The notes beneath the pieces were generated by a model, which saw nothing but the letters and a program-made list of their open reading frames with translations, was not told where the DNA came from and ran no database searches. A stretch of DNA of 64,000 nt from the human T2T-CHM13v2.0 reference genome, Homo sapiens. The stretch lies in NCBI RefSeq assembly GCF_009914755.1, contig NC_060926.1; one strand, written 5' to 3'. Both the position numbers and the translations under genes were made by a program. Shown in pieces: positions 11,678-25,879 of this stretch (the stretch's first letter is position 1; each line of letters opens with the position of its first letter).

Positions 11678-13959
11678 TGATATGCTTTAGCTGTGCCCCC
11701 ACCCAAAATCTCATCTTGAATTGTAATCCCCATAATCCCCATGTGTCAAGGGCAGGACCAGGTGGAGATAACTGGATAGTGGGGACAGTTTCCTTCATGC
11801 CATTCTTGTGATAGTGAGTGAGTCTCATGAAATCTGATGGTTTTACAAGTGTCTGGCATTTCCCCTGCTTGCACCCACTCCGTTGTGCCATCCTGTGAAG
11901 AAGGTGCCTGCTTCTCTTTTGCCTTCCACCATGATTATAAGTTTCCTGAGGCTTCTCCAGCAATGTGTAACTGTGTCAATTAAACCTCTTTCCTTTATAA
12001 ATTGCCCAGTCTTGGGTATTTCTTCATAGCAGTGTGAGAATAGACTAATACAACAAATTGGTACCAGGAGTGGGACACTGCTGTAAAGATACTCAGAAAT
12101 GTGAATGTAACTTTGGAACTGAGTAACAGGCAGAGGTTAGAACAGTTTGGAGGGCTCAGAAGAAAACAGGAAGATGTGGGAAAGTTTGGACCTTCCTGAA
12201 GACTTGTTGAATGGTTGTGACCAAAATCTTGATAGTGATATAGACAATGAAGTCCAGCTTGAGGTGGTCTCAGATGGAGATGAGGAACTTTTGGGGAACT
12301 GGAACAAAGATGATTCTTGTTATACTTTAGCAACGACACTGGCCAGATTTTTTGCCCCTGCCCTAGAGATCTGTGGAACTTTGAACTTCAGAGAGATGAT
12401 TTAGAGTGTCTGGTGGAATACATTTCTAAGTGGCAAAGCATTCAAGATTAATTAAATCATAAAAGTTTGTAAAATTTGGCAGCCTGATGATGTGATAGAA
12501 AAGAAAAACCCATTTTCTGGGGAGAAATTCAAGCTGGCTACATAAATTTGCATAAGTAATGAGGAGCTGAATGTTAAGAAGACAATGAGGAAAATGTCTC
12601 CAGGGCATGTCAGAGACTTTCATGGCAGCCCTTCCCACCACAGGCCCAAAGGCCTAGGAGGGAAAAATGGTTTTATGGCCCAGGCCCAGGGCCCCACTGC
12701 TCTGTGCACCCTCAGGTCATGGTGCCCTGTGTCCTGGCTACTTCAGCTCCGGTCATGACTAAAAGTAAAATTTGGCCCATTGCTTCAGAGGGTGCAAGCC
12801 CCAAGCCTTGGTGGCTTACAGGTGGTGTTGAGTCTGTGGGCACTCAGAGGCCAAGAATTGAGGTTTGGGAACCTCTGCCTAGATTTCAGAGGATGTATGA
12901 AAACACCTGGATGTCCAGGCAGAAGTTTGCTTCAGGGGCAGAGCACTCATGGAGAACCTCTGCTAGGGCAGTGCAGAAAGGAAGCATGCTGTCAGAGCCC
13001 ACACACAGAGTCCCCGCTGGGGCACTGCCTAGTGGAGCTGTGAGAAGAGGGCCACCGTCCTCCAGACCCCAGAATGGTAGATCCACTGACAGTTTGCACC
13101 ATGCACCTGGAAAAGCCACAGACACTCAATGCCAGCCCATGAAAGCAGCCAGGAGGGGGAATGTACCCTGCAAAGCCTCAGGGATGGAGGTGCCCAAGGC
13201 CATGGGAGCCCATTAGCATGACCTGTATGTGAGACACGGAGTTGAAGGAGATCATTTTGGAACTTTAAGGCTTAATGACTGCCCTGTTGGATTTCAGACT
13301 CAGGCATGGAGACTTTAGCCCCTTGTTTTGGCCAATTTCTTCCATTTGGAACAGGTGAATTTACCCAATGCCTGTTCCTCCATTGTATCTAGGAAGTATC
13401 TAACTTACTTTTGATTTTACAGGCTCATAGGCAGAAGACACTTGCCTTGTCTCAGATGAGACTTTGGACTTGGACTTTTGGGTTGATGCTGGAATTAGTT
13501 AAGACTTTGGGAGACTGTTGGAAAGGCATGATTGTGTTTTGAAATGTGAGGACATGAGATTTGGGAGGAGCAAGGGGCAGAATGATATAGTTTGGCTATG
13601 TCCCCATCCAAAATCTCATCTTGAATTGTAATCCCCATAATCCCCATGTGTCAAGGGCAGGACCAGGTGGAGGTAATTTGATCATGGGGGCCATTTCTCC
13701 CATGCTGTTCTTGTGATAGTGAGTGAGTCTCACAAGATCTGATGGTTTTATAAGCATTTGACATTTCCCCTGCTTGCACTCACTCTGTCTTGCCACCCTG
13801 TGAAGAAGGTGCCTGCTTCTCCTTTGCCTTCTGCCATGATTGTAAGTTTCCTGAGGCCTCCCCAGCAATGTGGAACTGTCAGTCAATTAAACCTCTTTCC
13901 TTTATAAATTGCCCAGTCTTGAGTATTTCTTCATAGCAGTGTGGGAATGGACTAATACA
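11678..13959 (+). mobile_element. Full-length THE1 (THE1D-like) MaLR element: 5' LTR 11678-12052, internal 12053-13582, 3' LTR 13583-13959
   Basis: Two TGATAT..CTAATACA LTRs in direct orientation; internal region begins aaattggtacc; purine tract before the 3' LTR; TSD ttgca/ttgtg. Confidence 0.95.
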
Positions 13960-15006
13960 TTGTGCCTTTGTTTGGTTTTGGTATCAGGGTAATGCTGGCT
14001 TTGTAGAATGAGTTAGGGGTAACTCCTTGCTCTTCAATTTTTTGGAATAATCTGAAGAGAATTGATGTTAATTTTCTTTGAATGTTTGGCAGAATTCAGC
14101 GGTGAAGCTATCTAGTCCTGGATTTTTTTTTTGTTGGAACACTTTTTATTACTGCTTCAATCTTATTACTTGTTATTCATGTGTTCAGGTTTTCTGTTTC
14201 TTCCTGATTCAGTCTAGTGTGTGTCCAGGAATTTATCCATTTCCTCTAGGTTTTCCAGTTTGTTAGTGTTTAGTTGTTCATAATAGTCTCTAATGGTCTT
14301 TGTATTTCTCTGGTATCAATTGTAATGTCTCCTTTTTATTTCTGACTTTGTATCTGGGTCTTCTCTTTTTTTCTCTTGGTTTATCTAGTAAGTGGTTTAT
14401 CAATTTTGTTTATCTTTTCAAAATCCAACTTTTTGTTTTATTGATCCTTGAAATTTCTTTTTAGCTTATATTTTGTTTAGTTCTGCTCTGGTCTTTATTA
14501 TTGCTTTCCTTCTATCAATTTTGGCCTGGTTTCATTCTTGCTTTTCTAGATCCTTGTGGTGCATCCTTAGATTGTTTATTTTAAATCTTTCTAATTTTTT
14601 GATGTAGGCATTTGTTACTATAAACTTCCCTCTTCGCATTGCTTTGATGTATCCTATAAGTTTTGGTGAGTTGTGCCTGATTTTCATTTGTTTCTAGTAA
14701 TTTTTTAATTTTCTCCTTACTTCATTCCTTGCACCAATGGTCATACAGGAGCATGTTGTTGAATTTTAATGTTTAATTTCCATTTGTACAGTTTCCAGAA
14801 TTCTTCCTGGTATTGATTTCTGGTTTTGTTCTACTGTGATCTAAGAAGATACTTGATATGATTTTGATTTTTTTTCATTTGTCTAGATTTGTTTTGTGTC
14901 CTAACATATGATCTAACCTGGAGAATCTTCCTGTCTTGATGAGAAAAATATGTATTCTATAACTATTGGAAGAAGTGTTCTGTAAATGTCTCTTAGGTCC
15001 ATTTAG

Positions 15007-15448
<442 letters not shown>

Positions 15449-18400
15449 TCTCCCTTTAAATTTAATAATATTTGCTTTATGCATCTGGGTGCTCCACAGT
15501 AGGTGCATATATGTTTAGAATATTATATCTTCTTGCTGAATGATTCATTTATCATAATGTCCTTTTCATCTCTTTTTGCTGTTTTTGACTTGAAGTCTGT
15601 TTTATCTGATATAAGTATCCCTACTCCTACTCATTTTTGGCTTTCATTTTCATGGAATCTCTTTTTCCATTCCTATACTTTCAGTTTCTATGTGTCTTTA
15701 TAGGTAAGATGAGTTTCTTGTAGGTAACATATAGTTGGGCCATGTTGTTTACCTATTCAGCCAATCTATATCTTTTAAGTGGAAAGTTTAATCCATTTAT
15801 ATTCAAGGTTATTATTAATATGTGGGGGCTTATTTCTGTCATTTTATTAATTGATTTCTGGTAGTTTTGTATGTCCTTTGTTCCTTTCTCTCTTATTTTT
15901 TATCATTATGGTTTGGTAGTTTTCTGTAGCGGTAACATTTGAATCTTTTCTTTTTCTTGTGTGTTTCCTCTACCAGTGGGTTTTATATTTTCATGTGTTT
16001 TTATGATGGTAGATATCATTAGTTTGCTTCCGGTGTAAGGCTCCATTAAACATTTTTTGTAGGGTCAGTCTAGTGGTAACAAATTCCCTCAGCTTTTGCT
16101 TGTCTGAGAAAGCCTTTATTTCTCTTTCATTTATGAAGGATAACCTTGCTGGAAATAGTATCTTTGGCTGAAACTATTTTTCTTTCAGCACTTTAAATAT
16201 ATCATCTTATTCTCTCTTGGCCTGTAAGGTCTCTGCTGAGAAATCTCCTGTTAGTCTGATGTGAGTTCCTTTATAAGTGACTAGAGGTTCTTCTCTTGCT
16301 GTTTTTAGAATTCTCTCTTCATCTTTGACTTTTGACAGTTTAACTATAATGTGCCATAGAGATCTTTTTGCATTTTATCTGTTTGGGGTTCTCTGAGTGT
16401 CCTGTATCTGGATATCTAAATCTCTTGCTAAACTTCAGAAGTTTAAATCTATTATTTTGTTAAATAGGTTTTCTAACCCTCTTATTTTTTTCTTTATATT
16501 CTGGGACTCCCAGAATTTGAATATTTGGTTACTTTATGGTATACCATATATCATATGCAGGCTTTGCTCATTCTTTTTATTCTTTTTTCTTTATTGTTTT
16601 TCTGACCAGATTATTTCAAAAGGCCTGTCTTCAATTCTGGAATTCTTTTTCTGCTTGATCTAGTCTATTGTTGAATCTTTTAGACACATTTTGTGTTTCA
16701 TTCAAAGAATTCTTCAGTTCCAAAATTTGTTTGTTTCTTTTTTATGATGTATCTCTTTGGTAAATTTCTCATTAACATCCTGAATTGTTTTTCTGATTTC
16801 TTTTTATTGTTTTTCAGTATTCCCTTTTATCTTACTGAACTTCTTTAAAATCAGTATTTTGAATTCTTTTTCTGGGATTTTATAAATTTACTTTCGATTG
16901 GAATCTATTGCTGGGGGATTATGTTCCTTTACGAGTGTCAAACTTCCTTGCTTTTTCGTGTTTTCTGTGTCCTTATATTGGTATCTGTGCATCTGGCATA
17001 ATAGTCACTTTCTTCCAATTTTTTAAGTTTTCTCTCATGGGGAGTGCATTTTCCTGAAGACGTATCTATGGTGTTGGTTGGGTGGGGCACTTTGGCGTTG
17101 ATTCTGGGTGCATGCACTAGTGTAGCCTCTGTATGATTTCTTTAGCTGTAAACAGCATCAGTGGTGCCTGTGATTTCCTCAATGGCTTAGGGTACAGTTA
17201 TTAGTGAAGTATATGGTGAAGTTTTTCTGGGGACTGGGATGCCAGACGGGCCAAGCTTTTGGCCCCAGTAGTGGCAGTGGTGGGCTGAGCTGGCTGTCTT
17301 TGGGGCCTAGGGCAGCATACATTGGCACTGGTGTCAACAGGTTCAAACAGGCCAATTCTTGGGCCTCCAGGTGGCTTGCTCAAATGCAAGGAATGGCAGC
17401 AGTGGGCCAGGAGGATGTGCAAATTCTCAAGCCCCTGAGCAGCAGGAATAGTGTGGGTGATGGCAGTAGCAGTGGTAGGACAACCCTCTGGGTCCTGTGT
17501 AGTGCATACTAATGTTGGCAGTTTCTGTGATGGGCTGGGTGGACCAGGCTCCAGGCCTGCAGGTGGTATGTGTAAGTTAGTGCCAGCTATGTGGTAGTGG
17601 CACAGTGAGTGGGCCCAACCTCAGGATGAGTGTTCCAATGCCAATGGTGGAGGACTGTTCTGGGAGATCTCCAGGCCCCCAGATGGCATGCTCTGGCATG
17701 AGGCGTTGCAGGCAAGCTTGTCCTCAGGCCCCCCAGTGATACCTACAGGCATTAGCTGTGGTAGGCTGGGGCAGGGTGTTTCCCGGGCCCACAGTGGAGT
17801 GCTCGGTTTGTGGGTGGCAGTGGCTTCACTTTGGCCTTGCTCCTAGGGAAGGTGAGGTTGCTTTCAGTGGTAGCAGCCATATCCAGTTGGGTGGAGAACA
17901 TGTACTTGGCTTATGTTTCAGTCCTGGTGGCAGCAGCCCGTGCTTGACTTGAACTTCAGCCCCAGCAGTACAGCAAGGATGGCTCTGGGTGGGGGGGCTC
18001 TATGCGTGTGAAAATACATGGTGGCTCCAATGGTGGAAGCAGCAGGGTTACAGCCAGTGGCCCATGCTTTAGCCCCAGCAGCAGCAGCCAGTTGCAGTGG
18101 TAGCTGCAGGTGGGGGATATCACTGGGGCTCCAGGGATATAGAGATGCAGACACTGATTGAGCAGGATGCAGTCTTTTGGGGGTTGGGATCTCAAAATGG
18201 TGCCTTACTGTAGCTGCTTAGGACTGCGGGGGGAGGGAGAGAGCAGTGTGGGACCCATGTAAGCTCCCTCTCTGGAGCAATGCCATCTCAGTGTCTCCAA
18301 GAAGCTCCCTATGTTAATTTAACTTCAGGGCCTGTAAAGGTCAAGTGGGTCTACCATGGCTAGGATTGCAGGAGTCCATGGTGGGAATGTGGACCACTGG

Positions 18401-20329
18401 GATCTCTCACCCCTTCCCTGCACTGGGGAGTCTCTCCAGGGACCCAGATGATCCTAGCCAGGCAGGCTGCCTCGCTTCCCTCTCTTTCCTCCCTTTGGAT
18501 GTTTCCTTCCACTTCTCTGTTGAATGCCAGTGTTCTCTCTTGGTTTATCTATTGGAAGGGTGATTATCTGCTCACTACTGGGGTTCTTCTTTGTGGATTT
18601 GAGGACAAGACATCTCTGGTCAGCCACCTTAAGGCCCTTATTTTTAACTTTTTGACTCTTTTGTAGTAGCACTTAGCTTAAAACACAAACATGTTGTAGA
18701 GCTGTACAAATTTTTTTCTTCATATCCTGATTCTATAAGCTTTTCTCTATTTTTTAATTTTTTTAACTTTTTAATTAAAAACAAAGACACATACCCATTA
18801 GCCTAGGCCAACACAGGGTCAGGATCATGCACATTACTGTCTTCCACCTCCACATCTTGTCCCACTGGAAGGTCTTCAGAAGCAATAACTCACACGGAGC
18901 TGTCACCTCCTAGGAAAACAATGCCTTCTTCTGGAATACCTTTCAAAGGACCTGCCTGAGGCTGTTGTACAGTAAACTTTTTTTATAAATAGAGATTAAA
19001 AATATAGCATAATAAATACATAAACTAGTAACATAGTTGTTTATTATTATTATGTACTGTGCATAATTGTATGTGCTATTCTCTTATACAAGTGGCAATG
19101 GAGTTTGTTTACACTAGTATCACCACAAATGCATGAGTAATGTATCGTGCTGCAACGTTATGATGGCTGTGATATCACTAAGCAATAAGAATTGCTCAGC
19201 TCTGTTGTAATCTTATGGGACCACTGTCACATAGGCAGTCCTTCATCAACAGGAACATCATTTAGAAATAGGGCTGTTAGGAGGTAATTAAAGTTGAATG
19301 AAGTCATAAGGGTAAAGTCCTAATTTAAGAGAATTAGTAACAGTTTAAGAAGAGGAAGAAGGAGATATATGTAGCTCTCTCTTCCTACTCACGCGTCAAG
19401 GAAAGGCCATGGGAGACACAGTGAGAAGGTAGCCATCCGCAAGCCAAGAGGAGAGCCCTCACCAGAACCCACCCTGCCTGCACCCTGATCTTGGACTCTG
19501 AGACTCCAGACTGTGAGAAAATAAATGTATGTTGTGTTAGCTACACACTTTGTGGTATTTTGTTATGGCAGCCCGAGCTGGCCAATACAGAACCTCTATC
19601 CTCACATCTGCTTCCCGAGGCGGGTTTGCCTGTGTGGACCCCACCACCCACACATGGACTCCCCCCAGCCAATGAAATGGAGCAGCCAGGGGAGTCCTGA
19701 TAGCATATCAAAAATGGCCCCTTCCCTGGTGGGCCGGGGCTGTGATCCCTGAAGGCATGCTTGGAGCCAAGTGGAGCAGCCAGATGGCTTTGGGAAAGGA
19801 CGGGCGAGGGGCTCTGCCCCCTGCTGCAGACTGCGGAAGCGTCAGCCTCCTCTCCCCATCTGTTCCCACCGAAGCCCGAAGGGAAGGCTGCAGCTTTCTT
19901 ATGGATAGGCTTGCAGGTTTTCTTTATTTTTAGACAATTTCTCACTTTCTTTCTCCTGTGGCCAGTCCTGTCAGTACAAGAGAGGTGTGTGGGAGGAGGC
20001 CAGCTGTAATAAATCCTTAATGAGTTGTTAAATCGGTCCCAGAAATACGACAGGAGCTATTTGGCCAGGAAATGGGATTCTAGGTCTCCACACTGGAGGT
20101 TTGTTATTTTTAACATGAAGTTAAGAGAGGAAACTCTCTCAAGGTAAGGAGCACAGTAAATTCAAACTCACTCTCGTTCTTCCTCCTTAAGTTTACAGCA
20201 GTAGAAGATTGGTAAACTCAAGGAGAGCCACTTGAAAGAGGGGGGGGGAAAGCATAAAATCCCAGATAACATACTTTGACTGGCTATTTCCATTCCCTTG
20301 AATGCCAAGTCAACGGGGAAAGACCATGC

Positions 20330-20470
20330 TGCCGTGTGGAGAGCCCTGGGCCTGAGCTCAGGAGGGCGGGTCTAGCCTGGGCTCCTCACCAGCTAGCTGG
20401 GTGGTCATGGGGATCCCTTCCCTTGAAGGCCTTGGTCTCCTCCTCTGTAGCATGAGGGGATTGGGTTTCT
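20330..20470 (+). mobile_element. MIR/MIR3 fragment
   Basis: gagagccctgggcctgag..agctagctgggtg..ggccttggtctcctcctctgta..atgaggggattgg. Confidence 0.5.
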
Positions 20471-20474
20471 TTGC

Positions 20475-21550
20475 TTTATTGATTTAACATCTGTTGAGAC
20501 CCATCTGGTGTCCAGCAGTGTTGGGCTCTGGGATACAGATGAACTGACCGTGTGCTGTGCCCTCCAGGGACCCCAGGAGGTGGCAGAGACCAACAGAGAT
20601 GCACAGAGTGGCCTCTGCTGTGCAAAAGCTCGTGGTGGAGGAGCATGGTGGGAGATGTGGAAGAGGCACTAACTCCAGACTGCAGACCATGGAAGGACAG
20701 ACCAGTGCGGTCCCTGAGCTGGGTTTTCAAAAGTGAATAAGAGACATATAAGTTGGAGTGGATGGGACCTCAAGCAGAGGGAATATAGGAGTACCCCTTA
20801 TCCATAGGGATATCTTCCAAGACACCCAGTGGACACTGCAGGTAGAACCAAATCGTATACACCATTTTTTTTGTATACACACATCCTATGATAAAGTTTA
20901 ACTTATAAATTAGGCATAGTGAAAGATTAACAATAAAATAGGAAAACTAATAACAAAATAAAAAATTATAAGGATATACTGTAATAAAAGTTATATGAAG
21001 GTAGTCTCTATATCTCTCTCCTTTCAATATCTTATATTAATACAAATAATCAACCAAGGTTGACCACGAGTAACTGAAACCTCGGAAGGTGAAACTGCAA
21101 ATAAAGGGTCCACTGTGCAAGCAAAGGGGAAAAGGGGCAGGTTTTGAAGGTGGGATTAGCGAAGTAGGTGAGGGCTGGGTCACCGAGGCACACACTGAGG
21201 CACATGGAATTTGTCCCACAGCATGACAGCTCCAGAACAGCTTGAGGCAGAGGTGCCGCACAGTCTGATTCACAGTTGAGAAAAAAGACAGAGAGATGAG
21301 AGAGAAGGAAGAGTCAATAATGATACCTTGATATCTGGCCTTTGCCAGGAAAGGCAATGCGAGTTGAAGAACAGGTGGGGTGGAGTGAAGCAGGAGGGTG
21401 ATGAGTTGAGTTCAGGGCATGTTGACATTGTGGCTTCTGTGAGGCGTCCGCACAAAGGTATCCTAGACACAGCTGCATGTCCCATTGCAAAGCTAGGGAA
21501 AGAGCACTCTGGGCTGCAAATGCAGACCTGGCAGCCATCAGCACGAAGTG
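20475..21550 (-). mobile_element. L2 fragment interrupted by MER44A
   Basis: L2 3' end motifs (gggatacagatgaac..tgccctcc) and gatgagttgagttcagggcatgttgac..gggctgcaaatgcagacctggcagccatcagc. Confidence 0.65.
20788..21115. mobile_element. MER44A-like (Tigger7-derived) MITE
   Basis: gtaccccttatcc..ttccaagacacccagtgga..cctatgataaagtttaacttataaattaggca..ggttgaccacgagtaactgaaacc; degenerate TIRs. Confidence 0.85.
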
Positions 21551-22079
21551 TGTGCAAACTGTCTCACAACACTAGCATCAAGACGTCCAGTTTCACAGCA
21601 TTGGGCCTCCTCCCTCCCCACTCCTACATCAGCCAAGACCCCCAGTGGCTCGCTCAGAACAAAAGGGTGACAGTCTGCTTTCCCGGCAAGGCAGCAAGAG
21701 CCATGGAGTGGCTGGGGCTGCTGATGAGAGGATGGCTCCACCAGAGGTGCCAGGCCAGACACAGCTGCTGCCTGCCGAGCTGGCACAGCAGCTGCAGAGC
21801 CACAGAGCTCAGGACAGACCTCTGAAGGAGGCAGGTGCAACTGGCCATGCCTTGCTCCACACCAAGCTCAGTCCCACAGCCCCTGGTCTAGGCCCCTACC
21901 CACCCCCAACCATTGTCATCATTCTCCCCGAAATCCCCACTGAGTCAGGCTGGGGCATCCACCATCCACCAGACACACAGCCAGCAGCCTTCCCAGTAGC
22001 TCAGGCAACTGCCACCTTCAGCCTCACCTTTCTCAAAAACATTTACTTGGCTGTATGGCTTATTATGGTGGGATTCTAT

Positions 22080-22535
22080 TTATTTCTTGAAAAAGTTAAT
22101 ATAATTCACATATTTCAAAAATTTGAAAGTACAAAAAGGAAGACAAAGTCTTCCTCCTCACCACTGTCCTCAGCCACCCAGCACCCCAACCCACAGTTCC
22201 CCAGGACATGTCTGCCGTGCAAGCACAGGCTCACCCGACCCTCACACAAAAGGCAGTGAGCTACACAGAGCTCTGCATCTTGATCTCTTTCATTTAATGA
22301 TATATCTTGGAGAGTATTTCCAATTAGCACTTAGAGAGCATTCTCATTCTTTGTACCAGTGCATTGAGGGTATGTCTTACTGTCATAATTTGTGTAGCCA
22401 CCTCTCTATTGGTGAATCGCCGGTGTGTGTCCCGTGGTTTGCTGTTACTGACAATGTTGTGGTTAATAACGGCACTCAGATGTCAACTCACCCACGTGTG
22501 AAAAAATCTGTAGACTAACACCCTAGAAGTGAAAA
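22080..22535 (-). mobile_element. L1ME-type 3' end fragment
   Basis: tttcatttaatgatatatcttggaga..ctattggtgaa..tttgctgttactgacaatgttg..cctagaagtg. Confidence 0.6.
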
Positions 22536-22744
22536 GGATGAAGATGTGTTACCACCTCTCAAAAACCACCCAAGAGACCAGCCAGCACTTTTTTTTTCTT
22601 GTAGCAGAAAAGCTAAAATAGAAGTGAAATGCCATGAGAGAAGGGAAGACAGACGGCAGGAGGCGAGATGGGCCTTTGTGCCCAGACTTTCCAGAGGAAG
22701 CAGGAGTTAGGTTAAGGGGTGGAGGAGGACGAGCAATGGACACA

Positions 22745-23145
22745 CACAGCAGGTTGGGTTTTCCAGGAGGCAGACTCAGAAACAGAGTCTAAGGAGCAGG
22801 ATGTTTATGAGGGAATTGACTTTGGAACCCACACCCATGGAAGAGAGGGGATAAAGCAGGCATGAGCAAGGGAGAAGCTGGGTAGCCATGCAGGCCAACA
22901 CTGTGAGGGACTCAGAGCTGAAGCGAGCAGTCAATGCCTGATGGAGGCGGGGTATTAAGGCCCAGCTATTCTGACTGTGTTGGGTGGATCAGGCATGGGC
23001 CATGCACCGCCCTAGGCAAAGGGACTCTGCAGCTGAGGGAATCCCTGAAGACAGCTGAAAGCTTTATGCCAACTTCACTCACAGCAGCAAGGGCAGTAAG
23101 TCCTCCCTGAAATATGATCTGGGCAATGCATCTCCATGTCCATCT
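22745..23145 (-). mobile_element. LTR16-family solo LTR
   Basis: aggttgggttttccaggaggcagactc..aggatgtttat..ctctgcagctgagggaatccctgaag. Confidence 0.6.
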
Positions 23146-23344
23146 CAATGGCAGACAGGACTGTGGGAAATAACAACAGTTCCTAGAAAGGCAGATTTAG
23201 AAAGAACCTAAGAAACGTTTTTTTATTGATAGAGGTGCAGGACATCAAGGGAGCCCTGGCTTAGTGAAATGGGAGGATGGTTCCTCACTGAGACAGAGGT
23301 GGTGCTGAAACACAAAAAGACAGCCAAGTGGTACAGATGGCATG

Positions 23345-23755
23345 GCTAGGGACCCAGTGTCAGCTCCAGGCTCTGAAATGCAGGGCTCCAATCCTGACAC
23401 TAACCAGGTATGACACTGACAAGTACCTTGTTTACTCTGACAAGTGACTTTACATGGATTCCTCTTGCCCTTTGCTTCCCTCCACCCAAGGGCTGAGCAC
23501 TGATGTCCATGGTTCTGCTTGGTCATCCTGCCCATCTTCTGGGCCTAGAACCCTGCAGGTGGGGGTGAGAAGTGGGAGGGAAATTGCACAGGGTGAAGGA
23601 GAAATGCAAGTTAATACAGGATTAAACTCTCTGACCTTCAGTTTCCTCATCCACAAAGTGCAGGAGATGAAACTTACCTTGCAGTCTGTCTGAGACTTCA
23701 GTGAAGAAAAGATACAAAGTCCCTGGCACATAGCAAGAAATAGTAGCCACCCTTG
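23345..23755 (+). mobile_element. MIR fragments (about 23345-23430 and 23620-23755)
   Basis: ggctctgaaat..caatcctgac, and cttcagtttcctcatc..cctggcacatagcaag. Confidence 0.55.
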
Positions 23756-24200
23756 TTAATGCTGTTGTGGTTGCAGAAACAATAACTCTAGATTTTGAAA
23801 ATTCAACCTTGCACAGCAGGGCTGCAGCCAGTCAATGCCTCAGTTTCCCCCTCAGCCCCCTCTCCCTGGCTGTCACCCTCTCCACAGCACCTGGCCTTGT
23901 CCCCTTCCCAAAGGCTGTGCTACCTACTGACTCTCAGCAAATCCAAACACAGGTCAGTTACATTCCAGAGGGAGTCTAACATTGAAAAGCCTGAGAGATC
24001 CGGAGTAACAGAGCATTGCTCTGGACACTTCAGGCCCAGAGAGCTTTTCTCTCCAAGCCCCTCTACGCAGCAACCACACTCAAGTGTACACATCTGTGCA
24101 CAAATGTGCGTGCATGCACACGAGACTTGGCATAGCATCTCTGTGAGACTGAGAGAGCTTTGCAAGCGTCTTAGGTCTTCAGCAAAGCTGATCCATTTCC

Positions 24201-24404
24201 CAGTGGTTCTCAGACACTGTGGTTCTCAAAATGTGTCCCCAGACTAACAACATCAGCCTCACTTGGGAACTTGTTCTAAATGAAAATGTTTTGGTCCCCG
24301 CCACAGACCTTCTGAATCAGAAACTTTGGAGGTGAGACCCAGAAATCTGAGTTTAACAAGCCTTCCAGTTGACTCAGGTACACACTCATGTGTGGAAACT
24401 ACTG
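24201..24404. mobile_element. MER5A-like hAT MITE
   Basis: gtggttctcaaa..catcagcctcacttgggaacttgtt..cagaccttctgaatcagaaact..tttaacaagccttccag..aactactg; the left TIR motif is present twice. Confidence 0.85.
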
Positions 24405-25879
24405 CCCTACATGGAGACTTTGGGGTGGGGGCTGCTGTAGAGAAAGAGCCGGTCCTGGGTCTGCAGTGCAGCTTCTCAGTCTCGTTCCACCCACTGCATC
24501 AACAGCAAAGCCTCTCATTGTCTCTCACTGGACCAGTGCCGCTCTCTCATGCCCGGGTTGCTCATCTTTGACTGTTCCCTCTTCAAATACAGGTTCCTCA
24601 GCTGCTGGATTGCACTCTCAAGGCACGACTTTACTCCCTCACTCTACAGCTCAAACACCTTCAGTGGCTCCCACTGCCCACAGAACCAAGTACAAACTCC
24701 TTGGTAAGGTCATCAGATGGTCTTACTCCTTGGTAAGATCAGATGGTCTCTCTGAACAACAGGCAGTGTACCCTTTAGATTCTCCTCCCATTATCCCAGC
24801 CTGGAGTCCATGCGCAAGCAGAGAGGACAGGCAGGCAGTGCTGAATGCACTAAGCCCAGTCAGCACATGCCCTTCCACTGAAATGATCTATCACTCTCAT
24901 TTTGAATGTGGCCTCCTATATGAAATCTCATTCTCCCAGGCCTTTTCTCTATTTCTGCATCTCTGACTCTCCTTTCAGTGTTCATCATAAGAGTCTCCAT
25001 GGGAAGGCTAATTGAGTTTCAACCCCTTTCCCCAAGATGCCTAAACTCATGCCCCTTTCTCCTGACTGGACAACATCAAGCCTCCAGAGAGAATAATCTG
25101 CCAAATGGAGGCACTGGTAAGCAAGACCCAGCATCCCGTGTGAAAGGGTAGACACAAGCCCAGAGAAACAAGGGTTTTAGAAGAAAAGTAGCTAGTTATC
25201 CTAAAATTTATCATCATTCAATGGCCTCAAACAGTGACATTAATAAGCATGTCAATGAGCCTCTCCTTCCCTTGCAAATTTGTCAAATGCCAATTAAAAA
25301 CCCAGGACTTCATTCTGAGTGGTTGTATTAATATGAATACCATGACTGTTTCAGAACCTCCCAGATGTTTAAGGGAGCACCTCCCCTCCATTGAGAACAA
25401 TACCAGTTATTACTAAAAACTCCTGAATGTGGTTAAGAAGGGCAGAAAGAACAGACAAGAGCCAGTGGAGACTGAGGATGTCTCACTGAAGACCACTTGG
25501 TGAGACCCATCAGCTAGTCATAGCTAACACATGTAACTTACTATATGTTCCCACACTTTTACACATATTAACTGACTTTATCTACCTCACCTCTATGAAG
25601 GAATTTCTATTAGCAATATTATTGGTATATTTTGTACTGACTAATATATTATGATTCATTTTCACTCTGCTTTAAATAAACCAACATTGATTTCAATGGC
25701 CATAGTGAACCCAGCTTTGATTTTCTGGTTTGCTTACAACTAGATTGTTGTTACTACGGAATTGAGCCATCATTCACTCATTCATCTATTGAGTGTGAAA
25801 ATGCATATTAGGTGCCTACTGTGAGTGAGATACAGTGTCCCATTGAGCATTCAAAATGAAAAAAAATGACGACAACATA

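Noticed and set aside
12704-13216. 170-aa ORF as a host gene
   Set aside because: It lies wholly in the THE1 internal region, has a GTG start, and is a remnant of the degenerate MaLR ORF.
21645-22259. 204-aa ORF (longest non-L1 ORF)
   Set aside because: It has a non-ATG start and no recognisable domain, and it runs into an L1ME fragment; consistent with chance.
24388-24966. 192-aa ORF
   Set aside because: It starts inside MER5A, crosses L2-like sequence and has no recognisable protein motif.
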